The position numbers and the translations under genes are program-made. The notes beneath the pieces were generated by a model. It did no database searches and was not told the DNA's origin. It worked only from the letters and a program-made list of their open reading frames with translations. A DNA stretch of 64,000 bases from Octopus sinensis (taxonomy: Eukaryota), in contig NC_043007.1 of the NCBI RefSeq assembly GCF_006345805.1, positions 72,788,001 to 72,852,000 on the forward strand. The letters are read 5' to 3'. The stretch's first letter is position 1. Every line of letters begins with the position of its first letter. Shown here piece by piece: positions 12,800 to 26,309 of this stretch.

Positions 12800-14000
12800 T
12801 ATTAATTAGAGATAAAACCACTATTAGGCAAATCAAACAGTGAAAAACAAAAGCCAATACATAAAATTAATTTAAAAATATAAAAGTTAAAAATAAAAAA
12901 TTATTTAAATAATTTAAACTTATAAATTTTAAATATATATATATATACAAATATATATATGTATGTATATTTTTATATTTATATATTATTTTATTTATTA
13001 ATTTATTTATTCATCAATTTTTTTTTTATATAAATATCAAAAGTATTAAAAGTTTAATAAAAGATTAAAAAAAAAATATATATATATATATATTATTTTG
13101 TTTTAATAGATTTAACCCATTTAAAAGGATTTAAAATTGAATATGAGTATAAAGATTCTGGTATAAAAATCTGTAGAATTTTGGACTTTTCTGAATTTCT
13201 GAAGAACAAATCCATTAGTAATGTGAGTACAATTTCTATCTTTAAAGAATCTTTCCTTAACCCCAGGAAGGTGGTCATCTACATGGAATATATTACAGAC
13301 CCTGCATGTTGTATTGCTGATTTGCTGGAGATGAAATTATTTTTTAGCCCTGATCTAGCTGACTTTTGATCAGAAGTACTTCAGTCTTGACCACCTTATA
13401 TTTTATTCATAGAGAGTGTTTCTAGGAATACGTTACCAAATACTTTCATTTTAGAAACAGGATAGGAAGTGATTTGAGGGGTATTTAACTTTTATATTTA
13501 GTAGGTTAAGCAACCATATAGAAGTTCTCTCATTAGCTTGGTGAAGTTGAAGTATTTGGTGATGTTGAACTAAATTTTAAGGTTGATTATAAAGATAATG
13601 TTAGAGACAAAGAGACCAATGTGGACTCTTGGAGCGAAAGTTCTATTTTGGATGTTGCTGGAGGAAGGGACTTCTGACGAAATGGTTTGGTAAGTATTTG
13701 TTCCTTTTGAAGGAAAAAATTGGAAAATTAAAGTAAGATGTGAATGTTTTTTGGCTTGGACTGCAGAAAGTAGAAGTTGTTGAGCCTTGAAGGTTATAAA
13801 AGAGCTAATGCAGAAGAAATGTTCTTCATTAGGTTTACATGTGTGTAACATGTATGTAATGGGTCTGCTAGTACATGACTTATTGAAGACTAACATCAAC
13901 AACAGATTTGAAGTAAGCATGTATAAAGAAGAATTATCACATTTCCTTGTATTTAAAAGAGTAGGCATTCTTTACTATATAAATGGTAGAGCCAGAGATA
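12800..14000 (-). mobile_element. Possible highly decayed Penelope-like RT remnant
   Basis: Minus-strand 'IFHVDDHL' (YVDD-like) near 13280 and an AT-rich pLTR-like tail; weak support. Confidence 0.35.
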
Positions 14001-14357
14001 TTGAGAAAAAGTGATTGTGAATTTAATGTTTAATTTGTGATGAAAAAAGTAATTGAGATAGAAGTGAGGAGGATCAGCAAGGTTCTAATAGACACAGGTA
14101 AAAAAACTGTGATTGTTGTTGATAATGATAAATGTCAATGAAGATAAGAAGTGCAAGAAGCTTTGGTATAAGATATTAAAATACCTGCAAAATATGTGTA
14201 GTCACTTCAAATGATACCTAAATTGATATAAATGGACTAACAAAGAATTGTTTACATAATTCTTGTGGAATTAGATGAAGACAAAGAAAAATGATAACAG
14301 GGTAAAATAGCTGAGTGTTTCTATCTTTTAATATAATCAAAATTACTATTATAAAGT

Positions 14358-16421
14358 TGTGGAGGAAGGTGGAAGGAAGGATGAGGGACTGAAATTGAAG
14401 GAAAATGACATCACTTCCAGAAGTGGTGGGTTCAAAACAGTCTCTTTCTTGTGAGTGTGTTGTGAACAATGGATGTGTGTTGAGAATGATCTGAGGGCTG
14501 TAACTCCTTCTGGCTAGAGCTTGGGTGGAGGACACATGTGAATACTACCGTTAAGTTTTGGTGGTCGCTGTGACCTGATGCTTGGAGGGATCATTGCCTG
14601 TAATAAGGGTTCTGGTGGGTCTGGGTTACACAACAACCCTGGTGACTGCAGGAATGGTTGAGATCTGATGAAGAAACACCAGTGTCAATGCAGTGGATGG
14701 TAGGGAGATCAGGTGTAGGGGCATCAGTGAACTGACTAGTGAACTGGGTGAAAAGGTAATTGCAATGATGCGAGATGTCTTGGAGAAGTGCAAGCAAAAG
14801 ATCTGGTGAAGGGCAGTTGGTATGTGCCTGACACACACACACACACACACACAAAAAAAAGGATCATGTGGTGTGACACAAGTAATATAGTGTTGGAAGT
14901 CATTCTGGAAATAGGTGTTGAAGTGGAAGATGTGGCATGACTTAGGAAGAAAGACGACTACAACCACATCACTGTAGCCAAACTGGATGCTGTATTAAAG
15001 GGTGTGAACCTAGCGCTGAGACAGGGACTGTGAGCTGTTGTGATTCAGACTGATTCTGCCATGGTATGGGTGCATGTGGCATTGGTGATCAAACAGAAGA
15101 AGATCCACATGAAAAGGGTTGTGGAAATGGGGATTAAGTATCACCTGAGAATTTTGAGGGAACTAGCTGCTGAATTCAGCCTAAAGCTGTACATAGTCTG
15201 CATGCCTTCAGAAAAGAATAAGGTAGATGTTCTGATCAGATTAAAGAAACACTGGTTGGAAATAACAGACTTCCTTCTGAGCAGAGTGGCTGCAGCTCGT
15301 TGGCTGGAGGGTCCAGAAATGAGGAGGCTGCACAACATGCACCACTTTGGGATTGAGAAGCGGTTTTTGGTCAGGACGGTTGATCCTGATATCATCAGGG
15401 AGAGTTTTTGGAAGGTAGTTAGGAATTGTGACGAGTGTGAGTCCATCGACTCTGCACCAAGCATGCATGAAACAGGAAAGATTCAAATAGAGGAAGGCTG
15501 GAAGAGACTAGCAATAGACATCACACACTGTCAGTAAATGGTATACCTCTCAATGGTTGACTGTTGGCCAGAGTGAATAGTTGTATGGTGTGAGATCAGG
15601 GAAGACACTGTGGCCTAAATTGCAGAATTGCTGAATGCAGTGTTCTAAGAAAAGGGTCTAGTAGATGAGCTGTTGATAGACAATGGCACAGTTTTTCACT
15701 CAGAGCAGCTGAGGGAAATGCTTGGAAGATGGAATATCAGACATTTCTTCAGAGATGTGTACCGGCCCAGTGGAAACGGGATTGTAAAACGACACCTTTG
15801 TACAATCAAATCTATGGTCAAGAGGGAAAAAATCTCCCTGATAGAGGCAATCTTTTGGTACTACATGTTGCCTTGGATAGGGCAATCCTGCAAAGAGCCA
15901 TATTCCAGTACAAATGGCGACACCTGAGTATGGTGCTTCAGCAGCCAGAGGTGGATGGGGTCACATCTGTACTGATCAGAGATGAAGTGTGGGTGAAGCC
16001 TCCTAGTGCTCAGGGCACAATGCAGTGGGAGAAAGGAAAGGTGACCACAATCGGTACTCGAAATAATATATCGATGGATGGAATGCCGTGAATTCTTGGA
16101 CATTGAGAGGATTGTTAACTCCTCTGATGATAAAGAGGTGGGAGAGGCTGGCCCTGTGATCTTGTAAACATCTCAAAAGGAATGTCAAAGCCCCACCCTT
16201 CTTCCCTGCCACAGGTGGATGGTCGTGTTTGAAACAGAATAGAGAAGCAGTGGTTTTTTTAGATCAGTAGGGAAGGGGTCAGGAGGGATGAAGGACTGGA
16301 AGTGAGGGGAAGTGACATCACTTCAAGAAGTAGTGGGTTCTAGTTCTTTCTGGCCAGAGCTTGGGTGGAGGACATGTGTTGAAGAACTGTTAAGTTTTGC
16401 TGGTTTTCATGACCTCAGACA
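14358..16421 (+). mobile_element. Internally deleted Gypsy LTR retrotransposon with both LTRs (~14358-14581 and ~16279-16421)
   Basis: Shared LTR blocks ('gacatcacttc.agaagt.gtgggttc', 'gagcttgggtggaggaca', 'ttaagttttg'); polypurine tract 'agggaagggg' before the 3' LTR; integrase LHNMHHFG..C..C, WKRLAIDITH, IDNGTVF..YRPSGNGIVKR. Confidence 0.85.
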
Positions 16422-16561
16422 TGGAAGGAATGTTGCTGATTGTATCACAAGGTAAGAGTAACCTTTATTTGTGCCTTATAACTACAAACATTTCATTAAA
16501 GCAAACAGTTTTAAATACTCTATTATATTATATTAGTAGAATTTAAAAAATTTATTTGCAG

Positions 16562-16679
16562 CATAACTTTGAATTTGAAATACATCCTGTAAGAAAAAAT
16601 AAAGAAATTTTGGTTCATCTTTATCCGTTGCCGCAATCTGAAAACAATTATCCTCCTGCTCAGGAAGTTGATACACTCA
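16562..16679 (+). CDS. Gene A exon: HNFEFEIHPVRKNKEILVHLYPLPQSENNYPPAQEVDTL
   Basis: ttgcag acceptor, gtaagg donor, phase 0-1; joins 21126 in frame (DTL-M-CREW). Confidence 0.7.
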
Positions 16680-18117
16680 GTAAGGAACCTGAAATTATTA
16701 TTTATTTAAAATCTTGGAGGAAACTGGTGGCATCATCATCATTTTCATTACCATCACTACTACCACCACCACCATCATCGTCATCATTGCCACCACCCTC
16801 ATAACACCTATCATAGATATCTCTTGGCATAATCTTGGAGAGGGTTGTATCATCATAGTCATCAGTTCTTGTTTGGAATTTCTGCCTCCTAGAAGGGCTA
16901 GGGACTATTCTCACCATGTCTCATTTGATTTTTGGCATAGTTTCATTGGCTGGATGCTCTTTTGAACACCAACAACTTCACAGAATATACTGTTACCTTT
17001 TATCATGGCACCAACGCTAGACAGGTTGTCATATCTTTGGTAAGACCAAAGAATTATCTGTATGCTCTCTACATTTATTCTAGACATTGTGACCAAGAAG
17101 AGAAGGATAACATGGACAGAACCAGGGTAAGATAGGAGTGAGTGAGAAGAGGAAAGCAGAGTAATGTGAGGGAGAGGAGGCATGAAACATGATGGAAGAG
17201 AGATATGATAAAGACCTATGAAAGGCATGATAGAGAAAGTAAGAGTGATAGGCAGGAGACAGTCTCTGTCCTTTCACTATATCAACTCACATAAGTAGTC
17301 TCATATAGTGAAAGGATGGAGAGTGAATGATAGATGAGAGAATAATGAGGAGGAGTGCAATAGGGAAAACTTAACAAGAGAATAATGGAGAAGAGATCTA
17401 AACACATGTTATACAACCATGCCATCTTATTATTCAGTTTGCTCTGCTTTTATGGATGGTTGCATTGGTCTTCCTCAACATTATAAGTTACTGCTCAGTA
17501 TAGTTTTTTGTTGTCTTTTTCATGAGATTCTACCTCTTTAGAGCAGTGTTCACCTCTTTGTTCCATGTCATTCTTAGTATAATTCTAATTTCCTTCACAA
17601 ACACCAGATTACATGGGATTCCATTCCCTTTGACCCCTTGGTACTTCTTTATACAATTGACATCTTTCATATGCTTCACATATCCATAACAGCACAGTTT
17701 TCTCTCTTGCACAGAACAACTTGTGTCCAAATTTGCTCTCAGCTCATTTATGCCTTGTTTGTCATGCGTACTAAACATTACACATCCATTGGAGCATGCT
17801 TATTTCATATTTCCCTGGCCTTTGCAAATCTTTTGTATTCAAGCCCTACATCTCATTACTGTACAACATCACTCTTGATACAAAAGCATCATACAATCTA
17901 CCCTTCTCGCTGACCAGTTTGTTTTAAAAAGCCCTTGACTTGTTTTGGTTCAGAAATATTAATTGATACATACATTTGATATTATTGATAAATTAGATAT
18001 AACTGGATATAAAATTGCATAGAACAGAATTGAACAGGAGATAAAGACAAATAACCTCACAAAAAAGTATACATTAGTGACGGAGTCAGTGTTAATTCCG
18101 AGAGGTAATATTTTTTA

Positions 18118-18342
18118 CCCACTTAAACGTGGATGTTCTGTTAGAACACACTTTACAGCAATAGATATCATGAGAGAAACTCACATATAGGCTTTTGGTG
18201 AAAAATGCACGCTTGTTTATTTTTATCACCAGAAGGGCGATAAATCCCCACCCATTCTGTACCAAAAGCCTATATGAGAGTTTCTCGTATGGCATCTACT
18301 GCAGTAAAGTTTTTTTCTAATAGAACATCCACATTTAAGTGG
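18118..18342. repeat. Fold-back/MITE-like inverted repeat, ~82-bp arms (18118-18199 / 18261-18342)
   Basis: 'cccacttaaacgtggatgttct...ataggcttttggt' pairs with 'accaaaagcctat...agaacatccacatttaagtggg'. Confidence 0.85.
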
Positions 18343-19260
18343 GGAATACATTATTGGAGGACAACTGGAAGTTTCTAAAAGACAATACACTGGGAGCTAC
18401 AGATCATATATGTAGTTATCTTGCTGGAGCCCTATACTAGCCACAGATCTGGTGTGGTGGAATAGTACTGTAGACAGAATCATGAAATCTGAGAAATAGT
18501 CTTAGACAGACTGAAAGAAAGATGGCAGTACGTGAGAATATCAAGTAACTTGAACAGAAGTTAAATATTGGGTATACTTAACAAAGGAAGAAGTAAAAAA
18601 TAAGAGGCTTGCACATGTCCCAAGACGTGAATATATGTGGTGTGAGATGTTCCAGATTGCAAGGCGGTGAATGAAGTTGTCAGGAAAAAGTGTGCATGGA
18701 ATAATAGTAACACACTTACCTTGACTGAATCTAAAATGAAAAAGGCATTGATATACTATAAGAAGTTGAATGACAGGAATGCCAGGGTATAGTCATTACC
18801 TAAACCAAGTAGATCCAACAGAGGAAACTAGTATTGAAGTTAATAGTAGTATGGTCAAAAGGGCAATAGAGAATATGAAGGCAATGAAAGGAGTTGGACT
18901 ATTAAATATTGTTCCTGAAATGGTTAAAAGTATCTAGTAAAGGTCATGTGCTCTTAATGAGGTAGTGGAAGGAAATGTAATACATAACAACTGGCTTTTG
19001 CAGTATCATCATTATCACAAATATGGGCAAAGTAGGTGTGCTAGAGAAAAAGATAACTACTGAAGGATGAAACTGATGGACCAGGTTATGAAAATTACTG
19101 AATGATTTCTAGCACAATTAAAAAGAGAATTAGCTGAGATGAGATACAGTTCAACTTTGTGCCAAGAAATGGAATTACTGGTACCTCCATCTTCTTAGTG
19201 AAACAACTCGGGAGAAGTATTTAGGTTGGTGTTAGACACTTTACATAGCATCTCTCTCTC

Positions 19261-19660
19261 TCTCTTTTACTTGTTTCAGTCATTTGACTGCGGCCATGCT
19301 GGAGCACCCCCTTTAATCGAGCAACTCGACCCCGGGACTTATTCTTTTGTAAGCCCAGTACTTATTCTATCGGTCTCTTTTGCCGAACCACTAAGTAATG
19401 GGGACATAAACACACCAGCATCGGTTGTCAAGCAATGCTAGGGGGACAAACACAGACACACAAACACACACATGCATATATATATATATACATATATATG
19501 ACGAGCTTCTTTTCAGTTTCCGTCTACCAAATCCTCTCACAAGGCTTTGGTCGGCCCGAAGCTATAGTAGAAGACACTTGCCCAAAGTGCCACGCAGTGG
19601 GACTGAACCCAGAACCATGTGGTTGGTAAACAAGCTACTTACCACACAGCCACTCCTGCG
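19261..19660 (-). mobile_element. SINE family A, full length
   Basis: Reverse complement of 2339-2736. Confidence 0.85.
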
Positions 19661-21125
19661 CTTGTTGACCCCCAAAATGTTTTAGACAGAGTTCCATGCT
19701 CTGTGCTCTGGTAGGTACTGAGGAAGCTAGGGGCAGATGAATGTGCTAATGAGTTCAACATGGAATTCAGCAGATACATGTGTATCTGTCAGGGTTCAAT
19801 TATCAGCCCCTCCTAGTTGTTCACACCATATTAGGAATTTAAGACTGGCTGTTCATGGCAATTCTTGTATGTTGTGCAAGTTCTTATCAATTCAAGATTT
19901 ACAAAAGAAATTCTAGAAAGAAAAGTGAAAATCTAGTATTGAAAAGCCTGAAATTAAACCTGGTAAAAGACTAAAGTTTTAGCAAGACAGACTCTGATAC
20001 CACCAGGAAAATGACTGTATTTGATATGCGGGAAAAGAATATGTAGAAATTTCATATAGCTCACCCAATGTAAATTATGGACATAAAACAGGTGTAAGTG
20101 GGGTCACTGGCTTACAGAGAAGGTAGACTTTGTATGTACAGGAAAAGTTTGCAGATAGAGCTTATGTAAAATAATGTCTTTTAAATGCTCAAAAAACCTT
20201 TTAGTTAATAGTTATTTTTGCCTAGTTGACCTAATTTACTGTGTAGGTGGGTGTTCCAAAAGCCGTAGGAAGAATGAGGTAGTAAACATTGTCATTGATG
20301 ATGAAATGGAAGGTTAAAAATTATTTGTTATATCCATATTCTAATGTTGATATTTAACTGGACTACATATGTAGCCAGTATTTTTGGTTTCAAATTTTGC
20401 TGCAAAGTTTGAAAGTTTGGGGGAAGGAGTAAGTCAATTATAATGACCTCAGTACTCAACTGGTACTTTTTTTAAAATCAGAATTCTGCCAGTTCACCTC
20501 CTTATGTAGCCAGTAATATTGGTATTTACATGTATTTACTAAAATTGATGTATATTCTATGGAAGAGCATTGAAGCTGATTTCTTAATACCTGTCTAATT
20601 GCACAGAAGTATATTAATAGGAAGAATGACTTTCTGCTGTTAATAAAACTGCTGCGAGTTTCTGACATTTGAAAGAACATGGTAATCTTAATGTTAAAGA
20701 TGAGATTAGCAATAAAGATATTGAAACTTGTTGGTGGGAATGACTCTTGTAATATTGGGGGAACAATGGCTTGCTTCAGTAGGCTCCATAGAACCTTGTG
20801 GAGTGTAACCAGTTGAGACACATGGTGTAGTGTTGATGCCTTTTTCTTTCTTTCTTTCCTTCTGTTTTTTTCTTATTTTTTTCTGTGCTCATGTTTGTTT
20901 TTCCTTTGGTTTTGTATTTGTATTTTAATGTGTTTTTTTTTTGTATGTTTATTATAATGTAATTATGTAAAAACTTTCAACAATCATTGAAATATTGACA
21001 TGAAAATTATAATCTTAAATATATTTTTTTCTGCTTAAATTTAGTCAACCTTGACCTACATTAAAAACATTTACTATTTGTGTAATGTTTATGTTCACAT
21101 GAATGTTTTCCCTTTACTTTTGCAG

Positions 21126-21289
21126 TGTGTCGTGAATGGACAACTTTAATAGATCATAGACTAAAAGAGGACAAGTTAATTGTGGATTTTGAACAAGGAC
21201 CTTCAAAGTGTAACATAAAAATGTATGATATAAGGCTTTATGATGGACAGTTACAAATTATAAAGGCGGTGACTGTCAATTCTTCCAAG
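21126..21289 (+). CDS. Gene A exon: CREWTTLIDHRLKEDKLIVDFEQGPSKCNIKMYDIRLYDGQLQIIKAVTVNSSK (FnIII-like ectodomain)
   Basis: ttttgcag acceptor, AAG|gtttgt donor, phase 1-0, open; VxF..Y.I.L pattern resembles the IL-17R second FnIII-like domain. Confidence 0.8.
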
Positions 21290-21309
21290 GTTTGTTATTT
21301 TTCTCTGTT

Positions 21310-21590
21310 GCTGTGTTCATCATCATCGTTAAACATCTGCTTTCCATGCTAGCATGGGTTGGACGATTTGACTGAGGACTGGCGAACCAGATGGCTGCAC
21401 CAGGCTCCAATCTTGATCTGGCAAAGTTTCTACAGCTGGATGCCCTTCCTAATGCCAACCACTCTGAGAGTGTAGTGGGTGTTTTTACGTGCCACCAGCA
21501 TGAGAGCCAGTCAGGCAGTACTGGCAACGGCCACACTCAAATGGTGTTTTTTATGTGCCATTTGCACAGGAGCCAGTCCAGTGACCTCGC
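21310..21590 (-). mobile_element. RTE LINE 3'UTR fragment
   Basis: 'catcatcatcgttaaacatctgctttccatgctagcatgggttggacg' is the reverse complement of the RTE 3' end; similar fragments near 25720, 32440, 39500 and 55320. Confidence 0.75.
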
Positions 21591-22246
21591 TCAAATTAAT
21601 GAAGTAGAGAAATATTTCTTTTTTAAGGCAAATTATTTCTCTTTCTTCACTCATATTATTCATTAATTAGTTTTAAGTAGAGATCTATTGCATGAAACTT
21701 ATGTTGGTTTACTGATTTACCATGTATTTTAATTTCCTTCCATAGAAAATGTAGAGGCTTCTTACACAGATTTTATAATCTCTCATTAAAGTGTTCTCAG
21801 TAGAACATTTTATCCCATTTTTTCCTGGGATTAACAAGTAAAATCGTCATAAACTTGTTGCTCATTTCTCTAAATTATTTTTCTTGAATATTTCATTTTA
21901 AATATCTTATTTTCAACCTTTACCATATTCCACATGAAAAAGGAAATTAAAATTTCATATCATTCAAAAATTATTTTAATATGAACATATTAAAAACAAG
22001 TTTTGAAGAGGTTCTACTAAATTTCCATTCCTTGATGTCTTTTAATTAAGTATATTCTTAATAATTTATTTTGTCGGCTCAAATAACTTTGAACTTTGTA
22101 TTAATACAGTTCTACACAGTCCTGTTATTTTCAGTAAATTCTTGCCATGAGACTAAGTATTTAAATTATGTTTCTTTTTTTTCAACTAGTTCTAGTTCTG
22201 GCTTTAAAACAAAACAAAGAAAACTAGTTTGTGGCTGTTTTGTAAT

Positions 22247-22535
22247 TATATTGTAGGCGACTGTAGTTAAATTCATGCCCAGCCGTGGGTTATCTGGGGT
22301 TATCTCCCCTGGTCACATCGTTAACAACGCGGTGACACTCATGAAAAGGGGATAAAAGGATGAAGAGAAAGGGCGCAGCCTCTTTTGCCTGACAGGCAGC
22401 TTGCTGCTAACTGCTTCGTCCAATTCTCTGCTACTAGACTACCCGCGCCGGGGGGGGGGGGTATGTAGGCAACTGTAGTTAAATCCAGATGACCCACGAC
22501 CAGGCATGGATTTAACTACAGTTGTCTACAATATA
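22247..22535. mobile_element. MITE with ~50-bp terminal inverted repeats
   Basis: 'tatattgtaggcgactgtagttaaattcatgcc...gtgggttatctgg' / 'ccagatgacccacg...ggcatggatttaactacagttgtctacaatata'; TA at both ends; internal G12 run. Confidence 0.8.
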
Positions 22536-22758
22536 AAGAATAATGATTCTTCAAGGTATACAAACACTACTACTAAAAAAAAAAAACTTTCTTGTTTTAA
22601 CTATTAAATTAGTAGTGGTTTTTGTCTTGACTAAAACTTAATTTTAACTATTGAATTCAGTGAAATGTAAAATCATTTCACCAAATTTAATGGCACCAGA
22701 ATAATTAATATATCTATGAATTCTTAATTTTTTTTCCCCCTTTTTTTGTCTTTTTAAG

Positions 22759-22818
22759 ATGACCACAAGATTAACCCATGAATTTCATGGAATAAGTCCT
22801 GGAAACTACTCCATAACT
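22759..22818 (+). CDS. Gene A exon: MTTRLTHEFHGISPGNYSIT
   Basis: tttttaag acceptor, gtaagt donor, 60 bp, phase 0-0; FnIII-like 'F.G..PG.Y.I' motif. Confidence 0.8.
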
Positions 22819-24074
22819 GTAAGTTATTCTCCATATTGGTCTTCGTTTACTACATTTTGTTAAATTATTACATTTGATTAGAATTTTTTTAATTTGGGTA
22901 ATTGCATAAATTGTTTTGTGTTCCCTAATGTAAACTGAAAAATATGAATATACGACAAGTAAAGATGTTTATTACTTTAAATCAAAATGTTGGGTATGCT
23001 AACCATATCCAAAAGGTAACTAAATTGCTAAAATTTACATTAAGTATTGATGGTTACCTCATATAGTAAGAGACCATGGAGATAATGGAAAAACTTTGCA
23101 CTTCAAAGTTTATCTTATATGGTTGCTTATCTTTGGTGTTGTTTCTAAGAAACCTTTACCATTTTAAAACATTGACATATCATCATCATCATCTTTTGAA
23201 TGTCTATGTATTTTCAAGGGCCAAAAGAGAGTATGTTGAAGTAGAGTCCTTCTACAGCCTGATGCTCTCCCAATCATCAACCTCTGCTTTTCCAGGGGAG
23301 GTAATAATTTCCCATACTGTTGGACAACTGAAACCCCAGACATGTTTTATGTATGGAACTGGAAGCACATGACAGCCTCTTGTTTATAGAGATCGTGTAA
23401 CAAGTCAAGGCATATAATGAATCTTGGATATCTTTTCATTATGGATTACAAGTCAATGACACTGACAGAAAGCTTTTGTTTATAAGGCAGCAAACACAAA
23501 GGAAACACATACACATATAGATAAACACACTCATGTATGCATGCATACATATGTATGTAAATAAAAAAGCTTAAAGTGAAAGAGCTGTGAACTTAATCTT
23601 GGTCTGTGTGGCATCCTTCTTCATGTTCCTGAAATTAATATCTACAGCTTTATCGGTATATTTACCTTCTCTAGGATGTTACTAATTGATTTGAGAACTT
23701 TACATTGTTGGAAAACCTATATGAAATTAGCTGAAGATTACTTGACATTTTATATCTGCTGTAATATTTGCAGCTTTAATAAATTGTTATAGTATGAAAC
23801 AATTGTACTAAATTACCGGATCCATTCTTGTTGCTTTTTGGTTATGTATGTAAATATGTACATACCTACCTGCATGCATACATACATCCATCCATGCATA
23901 CCTAAAAACAATGATATGGGGTATATAACCCTGATCTTGACCACATTAAGCACTTCTATAGATATCAGTTCTCTGCAAATTGAAAAGTGTGCAGCTTTTG
24001 CACCCTATAACTCTTATTATTTGAAACTCCACAAAATATCCACAGGGCCTCTCCCTCAAAGTGAAAGGTAGATT

Positions 24075-24585
24075 GTATGATGCCTGTGCTCAGACTGGTA
24101 TGTTACATGTCAGTGACTGCAGAGGACATACAAAGGCTTGAAAGAAATGGAGCCTGCATGCTCCACTGGATGTGCAATGTTAGTGTGCAGATGAGGGCAG
24201 CTGCATTGAACTCTCTCATGCACCAAATGGCAATTGCTAAAAAGCATTCGTGAAGTAAAATCATGTAGCAACACCAAATGGCGGTGCCCCAGCATGGCCA
24301 CAGCTCATGAGCTGAAACTAGATAAAATAAAAAATAAATAAAATGTGCGACAGAGTGAAAGTGTTTTAAGAGAAAAATTGGGTTTAAGAGGCATCAGATG
24401 TAGTGTGTAAGGAAGAAGACTGGAGGGAACCTGTGGAAGGGGTAAACCTAGGAATATGTGGGACAAAATGGTGAGAAAGGGTCTTCAGATGTTGAGCATC
24501 ACAGAGGAGATGACAAGGCCCCCCCACCCACCCACCGAGACTTCTGGCAATTTGTTGTGCTTGAGAAGTCATGTCAAGCTAAGAG
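24075..24585 (+). mobile_element. RTE LINE 3' fragment interrupted by a SINE tail
   Basis: 'gaaaggtagattgtatgatgcc...' resumes after 'ggcggtgccccagcatggccacagc...gaaactagataaaataaaaa'. Confidence 0.65.
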
Positions 24586-26164
24586 AATTTGTGGCAGGCC
24601 ATGCCCCCACCACCAAATCTGTCCTCTGTCAAAACTCCCCCACCGTCTTCTCATCATCCACCATCCCATCACCTATGATCACTACCCACTGCAGGCCCCT
24701 CCTCTCTCCTTCCCATGCCTGTTTGCATACTCTCTGTGTTCTAACATACCCATTATACCCCACTACCTTCCACTCCAATTTCTCTTACCATTACTTGCTA
24801 GTCACCCTTTCCTCATCTCTAGATATCTCCTCTTACACTCTTATGGAACATCCCCTTCTCTCTACTCAGTACCACTTACACTAACCCACCACCACCACCA
24901 CTACCTGAGGGTAGGTGCCAAAGCATCTCCAATACCATCTCTCTCTCACTCTGACTGACTGTCTGTCTGTCTCTATCTTTCTCTCCAACTCCATCTCTCC
25001 TCCCTCTCCTCTCTTTTCCTACTGGATTGTCAGGTATCTCCTCTATAGTAAGACACCTCTCTCTATGCCTCTATTATACTCTATCCTCTCAACTGGTACA
25101 AAGCCCCTTCCGATGGTTCTGGTTCTACTCCCTCTCCTAACTGAGAGGTCTTCATCTTGCAAGTTACTCGGTGACCCTGCTGGTGTCAGCACCAGTGCTG
25201 ATGCCACATAAGAAGCATTCAGTACACTCCTCTACTAAGTGATTGGCATTAGGAAGGGCATTCAGCCCTGGAAATCATACCAAATCAGACAATGGAACCT
25301 GTTGCAGCTCTCTGGCTTGCCAGCTCCCATCAACCAGCCAGCTCATGCCAGCATAGAAAACATGTTAAATGATAGTGATCATGATGATCGAAGAAAGGAA
25401 TTAGCTGAACATATTACTATTGTTTCATCACTATTCAATATAACCAATTTTGTATGATATTGTAATCATGTTGGCAACTATTGATTAATTTCCATTAACT
25501 TTCATGTGTTATGTAAGATTTCTTTTATTGCACATTTTAGAAATGATCCCTCAAAAATCCATTCAAAATAATATTAATTTTTAAAGAATTCTGAGGAATC
25601 ATTTACAATGAATTCTGGATTTGATTGATGTTGTTTGGACTCTAACAATACATTTTCCTTATTCTGTTGTCTGAAGAAGCAGAGTTTTAAGACTACTTGC
25701 AATTGGTGTTTGTTTGCTAGGATTATCATCATCCTCATCATCATTTAATGTCTCTTTTTATCCATGCTGGAATGAACCGAATGTTTTGACAGGAACCAAT
25801 GAGCCAGAGGGTTGTGCCAAGCTACAACATCTGCTTTCGCATGGTTTCAACAGGTGCAGGTCCTTTATAATACCAACTACTTTACAAAGTGTGCCAGGTG
25901 ATTTTTTTTTTTTTTGTGGCACCAGCACTTGTGAGATCACAAGTGAGTATAGTATTGAAGGAGGTGAAAGTATGACAGGAGTACAGGAGCAGGTGTGTTG
26001 CTGAAGAGGTGAATACATGTGGCTTCTCCAACTGGAAAGAGAAAGATGTGAGGTTAGGTACAAGGATATGTTATGATGAAAGTATTGAAGCTTCTCTCTC
26101 ATTTGTTTTGTTTGTTTATTTCAATATTTATTCATTGGATGTCTTTTTTCTTTTCTTTTTAAAG

Positions 26165-26267
26165 GTTGAAATATTTGATGAACATCCCTTCAGCAACTGT
26201 ATTTGTGTAAACAGGAAGCAACAGTGTGGTGAAGGATGTTATCGGTCTATATCTAAAGAGTTTACGA
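26165..26267 (+). CDS. Gene A exon: VEIFDEHPFSNCICVNRKQQCGEGCYRSISKEFT (Cys-rich juxtamembrane)
   Basis: Strong polypyrimidine + aaag acceptor, gtaagt donor, phase 0-1; the C-x-C...C...C cluster resembles IL-17R-family ectodomain ends. Confidence 0.85.
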
Positions 26268-26309
26268 GTAAGTGAAACTAAATCAATGCCAAAAAAACAT
26301 TATTAAAAT

